Made by a program: the position numbers and the translations under genes. A stretch of DNA of 64,000 nucleotides from Candidatus Methanoperedens sp. (GTDB lineage Archaea > Halobacteriota > Methanosarcinia > Methanosarcinales > Methanoperedenaceae), in assembly GCA_036567605.1 (NCBI GenBank), contig DATCUE010000117.1:482-64481 (forward strand), in the 5' to 3' direction. A model generated the notes under the pieces. The model saw nothing but the letters and a program-made list of their open reading frames with translations, was not told where the DNA came from and did no database searches. Shown here in pieces: positions 59,082-64,000 of the stretch. The number at the start of each line of letters is the position of its first letter. Position 1 is the first letter of the stretch.

Positions 59082-59229
59082 CTATTTGATCAATTTCTTG
59101 AATTTATCCAATTTTTAACTAAGGATAAATCGTTTTACCCACTCAAAGCAGGGTTAGATTGACATGTATATTAAATCTGTCGGTCGAATCAAGTTTTCTT
59201 AAAGGATACATTAATAAATAATTAAGTAA

Positions 59230-60168
59230 ATGATTGAACTAAAGAAAAGGGTGATGAAAATGGTGGAAGATATTGGAAAAATCATAATTAACGGCTTTGA
59301 AACATACACTAAAAACCTGAACCTGTGCGTTCCGTTTATTCTCAATGTATTTATTACAGGCTTACTTACTCTTATCATGTTTGGAATTGGCTTCTTCCTG
59401 ATTTTTTTTCCTTATTTAGCATCTTTTAAAGAAGGTCCCAGGCCCTCCCTATTAAGTCTGTTACCGTTTATTACGCAACATATCTGGGAAATCATTTTCA
59501 TAATAGCGATAATTTTTTTGATTATCATGCTGGTTGATTCATTCATCATGGCTGGAGCCATTGGAATGGCAAAACAGGCCACAGAAACTGGAAAATCCAA
59601 GCTGTCCACAATGATGGATGAGGGAAAAAAGAACTTTGTGAACCTGTTTCTTGCAGAGATCCTTGTGGGCTTGCTCTCCCTTGCAGGCATAGTATTGATG
59701 GTGCCGGGAGCTATGAAGATAGATTTCACAGATTTCACAGCGCTTACCTCTCCTAAAAACACCGATGCGATTATACTACTGGCAGGCGGATTTATATTGT
59801 GGATAGTATATTTATTAATCATTGGCATAACAATGGCTGTTTTCATGTATGCGCTCGTGGTGGATAACCTCGGCCCGATAGAGAGCATCACGACAAGTTT
59901 TGGGTTTTTCAAAAAAAATTGGGTTGATGTGATTCTGCTTTTGTTGATTGTGATCGCCATCGGTGTTGTATTTTTTATTATTGATTGGATAATGGCATTC
60001 ATTCCAATCATAAACATTATCTGGCCATTTGTAAGCTTTCTTATCAGTATTCTTATCTTGCAGCCTCTCTATACAATCTGGTGGATACGCCTGTACATGA
60101 CAAGGACGGATAAGAAAATATATATTAATGATTTGCTGGCTCACCCGAATGACCTTAAAAATCCATAA
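59230..60168 (+). CDS. Hypothetical polytopic membrane protein
   Basis: 312 aa, about 6 hydrophobic helices. The start could be the internal MKMVEDIGK. No family recognised. Confidence 0.5.
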   Translation: MIELKKRVMKMVEDIGKIIINGFETYTKNLNLCVPFILNVFITGLLTLIMFGIGFFLIFFPYLASFKEGPRPSLLSLLPFITQHIWEIIFIIAIIFLIIMLVDSFIMAGAIGMAKQATETGKSKLSTMMDEGKKNFVNLFLAEILVGLLSLAGIVLMVPGAMKIDFTDFTALTSPKNTDAIILLAGGFILWIVYLLIIGITMAVFMYALVVDNLGPIESITTSFGFFKKNWVDVILLLLIVIAIGVVFFIIDWIMAFIPIINIIWPFVSFLISILILQPLYTIWWIRLYMTRTDKKIYINDLLAHPNDLKNP

Positions 60169-60252
60169 TTAGAAAAGAATCAAGCACTGAAAAATACCCA
60201 TAGCCTTGTTTCTGAGACGGCCAAGCTCCGGCCTTTCCAGGATATATACTTC

Positions 60253-60264
60253 CAGTGCTTTTTT
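60253..60264 (+). terminator. Oligo-T tract (T6) after the 3' arm of an 8-bp inverted repeat, between convergent genes
   Basis: CAGTGCTTTTTT. It is complementary to AAGCACTG at 60182-60189. Archaeal termination commonly uses oligo-T. Confidence 0.3.
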
Positions 60265-60302
60265 CATATCCGTGCAACTAAAAATTTATATAAGATTTTT
60301 TG

Positions 60303-60764
60303 CTATTGTACGATTATTTTGCCGCTCATACTTGTGTGGATAGAACAGCCATAATCGAAAGTTCCTGGAGTATTGAAACTGAAGCTGAATGTGTCTCCCG
60401 TTTGAAGAGTCCCTGAATCAAAGCCAGTCCCTGATTTGATAGTAACAGTATGTGCCACGCTATCCATATTTGTCCAGGTCACTGTCGTCCCTTTTGCAAT
60501 AGTTATTGTTGCCGGATTAAACTTGAAATCCTTGATCTCCACTGAAACCGGTTGTGCGGTCAGCGTCTGTGTCCCGGCTGGCGTTGCGGTAAGGGTTCCA
60601 GTCGTCCCGGGTTGTGCTGTTAACGTTTGTGTCACTGTCGGTTGCGTTGTTATTGTCTGTGTCGGAGCGGGTTGTGTGGGTTGCGGTGTTCCTTTTGGCT
60701 GCGCGGTACATCCGCTAAGCAAAACAACTGCTATCAACAATCCAACAAACCAGATATTTTTCAT
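60303..60764 (-). CDS. Cupredoxin (plastocyanin/amicyanin-like blue copper) lipoprotein with Thr/Gln/Pro linker
   Basis: 153 aa. Lipobox VLLSGC. Linker TQTITTQPTVTQTLTAQPGTTGTLTATPAGTQTLTAQP. Copper ligands in SVAHTV and YGCSIHTSMSGKIIV. Confidence 0.8.
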   Translation of the reverse strand: MKNIWFVGLLIAVVLLSGCTAQPKGTPQPTQPAPTQTITTQPTVTQTLTAQPGTTGTLTATPAGTQTLTAQPVSVEIKDFKFNPATITIAKGTTVTWTNMDSVAHTVTIKSGTGFDSGTLQTGDTFSFSFNTPGTFDYGCSIHTSMSGKIIVQ

Positions 60765-60806
60765 AATTTAGCCTCCCACATCGAACAATATTACAGCTAC
60801 TATTTA

Positions 60807-62030
60807 TTATTTTTGTTTTCTTCCAAGTTCTGCATGGGCTTTTGCAAGATGCCTGGCAGCCAGCGCGGCGATAAGTGAAATCTCACCCGCGAGTATTGCG
60901 GCTGCCGTTATCTCAGCAAGTTTTCTTGAATTTACACCCGACGGATTTCCTGCTCCAGCCGCATCCAGCATGTCCAGACACTCAAACTGCGCTCCCAATC
61001 GCGTTCCCCCGCCAACCGTCCCAACAGCAAGCGATGGAAGCGTGGCTGAACAATAAAGCCCCCCATCAGTTAGTTCCATCGTTGTCATGGCGTTGCTGGC
61101 CTCAACGACATGGGCCGCATCCTGCCCGCATGCGATGAAGATCGCGGCTGCAATATTTGCAGCATGGGCATTGAATCCAAGTGAACCTGCACGCGCCGAA
61201 CCGATAAGATTTTTCCTGTAGTTGACCTCGGCCATTTTCCAGGCCGTAGTCTTGAGTTTTTCCCGGATCATATCGTCTCCTATTATTAAATCGGCGGATA
61301 CTGTTTTTCCCCTCCCCATTACGGAATTGATGGCTGCAGGTTTTTTATCAGAGCACATATTACCTGATAATGCCACAAGTTCCACATCATTCTCAGCAAG
61401 AACAATATCGACTGCGGCATCCGTGGCGATAGTGACCATGTTCATCCCCATGGCATCCCCTGTATCGTAATGAAACCGCAGGAAAACACTCCTGCCCGCC
61501 ACAAACGGTTCAATGGCTAGCAGCCTGCCAAAATTCGTGGTCTCTTCTGCTTCCTTCTTCAGGCGCTGGAAATTTTCGGCGTCTCTCACCCAATCCACAA
61601 GCCTTTTTGCGCCGATTATGTCTTTTGCACGAAAGACCGGCGCCCGCGTCATCCCATCCCCGAATATCCTGGCATTGGCCCCGCCGCAGGCCGTAATAAC
61701 AGAGCATCCCCTGTCTGCGCTCGCAACCAACGCGCCTTCGGTAGTGGCAAGCGGGATATAAAAGTCACCTTTTGCATATTCGCCTCTGACACGGAGCGGT
61801 CCTGCGACACCGAGCGGCACTTGGACTGCTCCAATCATATTCTCAATATTGCGTTTTGTAACGTCTTCGGGATCAAAAGAAAAATGGTCGATATGCCTGA
61901 ATTCGGTTCCCGTAAGTTCAGAAACAGCAGTGCGTCTGAGTTCAATTGACGTGCCTGCATCAAACATCTTCCCGATCTCATGAAAACTTACCTCGCCCGA
62001 TTTGAGTTTTTCAAGGAGTTCCCTGTCCAT
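60807..62030 (-). CDS. hmgA: HMG-CoA reductase, class I (archaeal/eukaryotic type)
   Basis: 407 aa. ENMIGAVQVPLGVAGPL, TTEGALVAS, DAMGMNM, GNMCSDKKP and GTVGGGT are present. Confidence 0.92.
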   Translation of the reverse strand: MDRELLEKLKSGEVSFHEIGKMFDAGTSIELRRTAVSELTGTEFRHIDHFSFDPEDVTKRNIENMIGAVQVPLGVAGPLRVRGEYAKGDFYIPLATTEGALVASADRGCSVITACGGANARIFGDGMTRAPVFRAKDIIGAKRLVDWVRDAENFQRLKKEAEETTNFGRLLAIEPFVAGRSVFLRFHYDTGDAMGMNMVTIATDAAVDIVLAENDVELVALSGNMCSDKKPAAINSVMGRGKTVSADLIIGDDMIREKLKTTAWKMAEVNYRKNLIGSARAGSLGFNAHAANIAAAIFIACGQDAAHVVEASNAMTTMELTDGGLYCSATLPSLAVGTVGGGTRLGAQFECLDMLDAAGAGNPSGVNSRKLAEITAAAILAGEISLIAALAARHLAKAHAELGRKQK

Positions 62031-62071
62031 AGTGGGCGTAATTAATTTATTCGGTTAAAAAGATATCAGTT

Positions 62072-62443
62072 TCAAAGGTTTATCACGAGCTGTCCTTCTT
62101 CGCAGTACTGGAGCATCAGGTCTGCAACTTCAAATGAATGTATCATTTCCACGCCTTCGATGAGCTCATCGCACTCGAAACCTATCATAGAGGAAGCCAG
62201 TTCGCAGCATTTGAATTTCACTCCCATGTCGATGCATTCCTTTACACGTTCATCATATGGGGGGTTCCCATGCTTGCCTTTTTTTGCGAGAATAACTCCC
62301 ATTGGACCCCACAGCACAACAATTACTTCAAGCCCTTTCTTGCGATAATATTTTGCAAAACGCAGGATCTCCATGGGACTTGTGCTCTCATATACCATGT
62401 TCTTCAAGAATAGAAGGACTTTCGAGACTTTCCCGGGGGGCAT
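62072..62443 (-). CDS. DsrE/DsrF-like family small protein (tentative)
   Basis: 123 aa. An alpha/beta pattern with VIVVLWGPMGV and FKCCELAS resembling the DsrE fold. Confidence 0.45.
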   Translation of the reverse strand: MPPGKVSKVLLFLKNMVYESTSPMEILRFAKYYRKKGLEVIVVLWGPMGVILAKKGKHGNPPYDERVKECIDMGVKFKCCELASSMIGFECDELIEGVEMIHSFEVADLMLQYCEEGQLVINL

Positions 62444-62490
62444 TTAACAGTATATCTTGAATGGAAGATATTTTAACTTATCTGTATTTA

Positions 62491-63780
62491 TTAAAATTGT
62501 TTAACTTTCTTTGTCATCTCATCCAACAGTTCCTTCGCCCTGTCTGCCCTGACCTTCTTTTCCCTGACCATGCTCTCGGCTATCTTATCCACCATATCTC
62601 CCGTCGCTCCTGCCTGTATCGCAACATTCCTTGAGTGAAGCCCCATATGTCCCCTCTGTATGCCTTCGGTGGCAAGAGCCCTCATCGCTGCGAAATTCTG
62701 GGCAAGCCCCAGCGCTGCAAATATCTCACCCATTTCAGTTGCGGTCTTAACTCCCAGAATCTTCACTGCCGCCCGCGCAATGGGATTCGTCTTTGTTGCG
62801 CCCCCGACCAGGCCTACGGCCATCGGTATTTCGATAGTGCCGACAAGATCGCCACTGGCATTTTTCTCGTAGGCAGAGAGAGGCCTGTAAGTACCGCTTC
62901 GTGAGGCATATACGTGAGCTCCGGCCTCTATGGCCCTTGTATCGTTGCCTGTGGCAAGGACGGCAGCGGTCACACCGTTCATTATGCCTTTATTATGCGT
63001 GGCGGCGCGATATGGGTCCCCTGCTGCAAAATGATATGCTGCAAGGATGCCGTCCACGACCTCCCCGCCACCTATCGCTTCTTTCGGGAACACAGCTTTT
63101 GCTCTCATGAGGCGTTTATCGGCAAAATTAGAGATTATTCTCAGGTACACCCTTCCTCCTGTCAGTTCCTCAATATAATGCGATACAGTTTCAGCCATTG
63201 TATTGACGGCATTGGCTCCCATCGCGTCCCTGCAGTCGACTATCAGGTGGGTGATGACCATTTTCCCTCCCGGCGTGTCGATGACCCGTACCTCCACTTC
63301 CTTTGCCCCGCCTCCGAATTTTACAAGCACGGGATCTACTTCGTTCGCGAGACTGATTATCTCCTCCTTTTTCTCAAGGATGTTCATCCTGGCGCCGTTG
63401 GGGTCTGATATTCCCACAGCCTGTATCTGGCCTATCATCAACGGGCCCGTGCTGCTCGTTCTGAACCCTCCTCCTTCCCGTGCCATTTTTGCGGCATTGC
63501 TGGCCGCTGCGATGACCGAAGGTTCTTCTATTGCCATCGGAATAAGATAATCCCTGCCGTTGATAAGGAAATTCACAGCCACGCCCATTGGTACTTCCAT
63601 GACACCAATCAAGTTCTCCACCATCATGTCCGCGGCATCGAGAGACAGGGCACCTGTGGCGCTGATGCATGCCTCCTCCTCTTGCGTAAGACCTGAAAAT
63701 TCGGATACGACCTTGAGCCGTTCTTCCGGGCTCAACTTATAGAAACCTGAGAGCTTTGAAGTTTTCGCCATAATATTCAC
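62491..63780 (-). CDS. HMG-CoA reductase, class II (bacterial-type)
   Basis: 429 aa. [60 protein letters not shown] and [13 protein letters not shown] are present. Confidence 0.9.
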   Translation of the reverse strand: MNIMAKTSKLSGFYKLSPEERLKVVSEFSGLTQEEEACISATGALSLDAADMMVENLIGVMEVPMGVAVNFLINGRDYLIPMAIEEPSVIAAASNAAKMAREGGGFRTSSTGPLMIGQIQAVGISDPNGARMNILEKKEEIISLANEVDPVLVKFGGGAKEVEVRVIDTPGGKMVITHLIVDCRDAMGANAVNTMAETVSHYIEELTGGRVYLRIISNFADKRLMRAKAVFPKEAIGGGEVVDGILAAYHFAAGDPYRAATHNKGIMNGVTAAVLATGNDTRAIEAGAHVYASRSGTYRPLSAYEKNASGDLVGTIEIPMAVGLVGGATKTNPIARAAVKILGVKTATEMGEIFAALGLAQNFAAMRALATEGIQRGHMGLHSRNVAIQAGATGDMVDKIAESMVREKKVRADRAKELLDEMTKKVKQF

Positions 63781-63893
63781 CCGCAGGAGGATTTTTAACG
63801 GCTCAAGGGTATAAATAGATTTTCAGGAGCAGGTTTTTTGGGGATTCGAAATGTATATATCAGGAGAGCATTATTAGAGGAAAGCCTTTTTAT

Positions 63894-63967
63894 GGGCTGG
63901 TAGCTTAGTCAGGCAGAGCGTCGGACTCTTAATCCGACGGCCGTGGGTTCAAATCCCTCCCAGCCCG
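63894..63967 (+). tRNA. tRNA-Lys (anticodon CUU)
   Basis: Manual cloverleaf: acceptor GGGCTGG/CCAGCCC; anticodon stem TCGGA/TCCGA with loop CTCTTAA; T loop TTCAAAT. There is one U-U mismatch in the T stem. Discriminator G. Confidence 0.75.
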
Positions 63968-64000
63968 TTCTCTATCATCCGTGATAATAAGTGGGCTCTT

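Noticed and set aside
57762-59111. Interpreting the in-frame TAG as definite pyrrolysine.
   Set aside because: No pyl genes or PYLIS-like evidence are visible in this window, and TAG terminates several ordinary genes here. It is kept only as one of several hypotheses in the findings.
60182-60260. Long-range inverted repeat AAGCACTG ... CAGTGCTT as a structured RNA.
   Set aside because: It has only 8 bp with a 63-nt loop. It is more likely fortuitous, and only the terminal oligo-T tract was kept, as a weak terminator call.
60520-60700. Apparent tandem DNA repeat inside the cupredoxin gene.
   Set aside because: The repeats are short and imperfect and simply encode the Thr/Gln/Pro linker. They are not an independent repeat element.

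Overview
Densely coding archaeal chromosomal window, euryarchaeal and Methanosarcinales-like by gene content. Multihaem cytochromes with a PGF-CTERM signal, an NrfCD-type module and DNA gyrase are reminiscent of ANME-2/Methanoperedens-type genomes; this taxonomic call is inference only.

Housekeeping backbone:
- Ribosomal/RNA polymerase cluster: L18e-L13-S9-RpoN-tRNA(Pro)-RpoK-S2.
- L7Ae-S28e-L24e-Ndk.
- radA, argH, gap, thrB, leuS, rlmE, bioY.
- A partial trp operon: trpD-(methyltransferase)-trpF-trpE-trpG.
- gyrB and gyrA.

Accessory or unusual content:
1. A small defence/TA island (about 4.2-9.5 kb) with vapBC, an AT-rich type II R-M pair, a YgiT zinc-finger gene, hicB and a truncated hicA.
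2. An artA-psd-pssA operon. About 11 kb away lies a multihaem cytochrome/FeS/NrfD operon whose larger cytochrome ends in a textbook PGF-CTERM signal.
3. A run of ten co-directional genes centred on Roadblock/LC7 + KaiC-like ATPase + two paralogous mini membrane proteins + PhnD-like binding protein + HAMP/PAS/GAF histidine kinase + receiver.
4. A 435-codon HNH-type intein inside gyrB with foreign codon usage. Two MNT nucleotidyltransferase genes and a HEPN remnant are wedged between gyrB and gyrA.
5. A methyltransferase gene whose conserved N-terminus has no canonical start codon and is preceded by an in-frame TAG.
6. Class I and class II HMG-CoA reductase genes side by side.
7. 10-bp phased TGTACA boxes upstream of trpD.

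I could not recognise any rRNA, CRISPR array, transposase or integrase. All homology calls come from reading the translated ORFs and recalling family signatures; no database search was possible.
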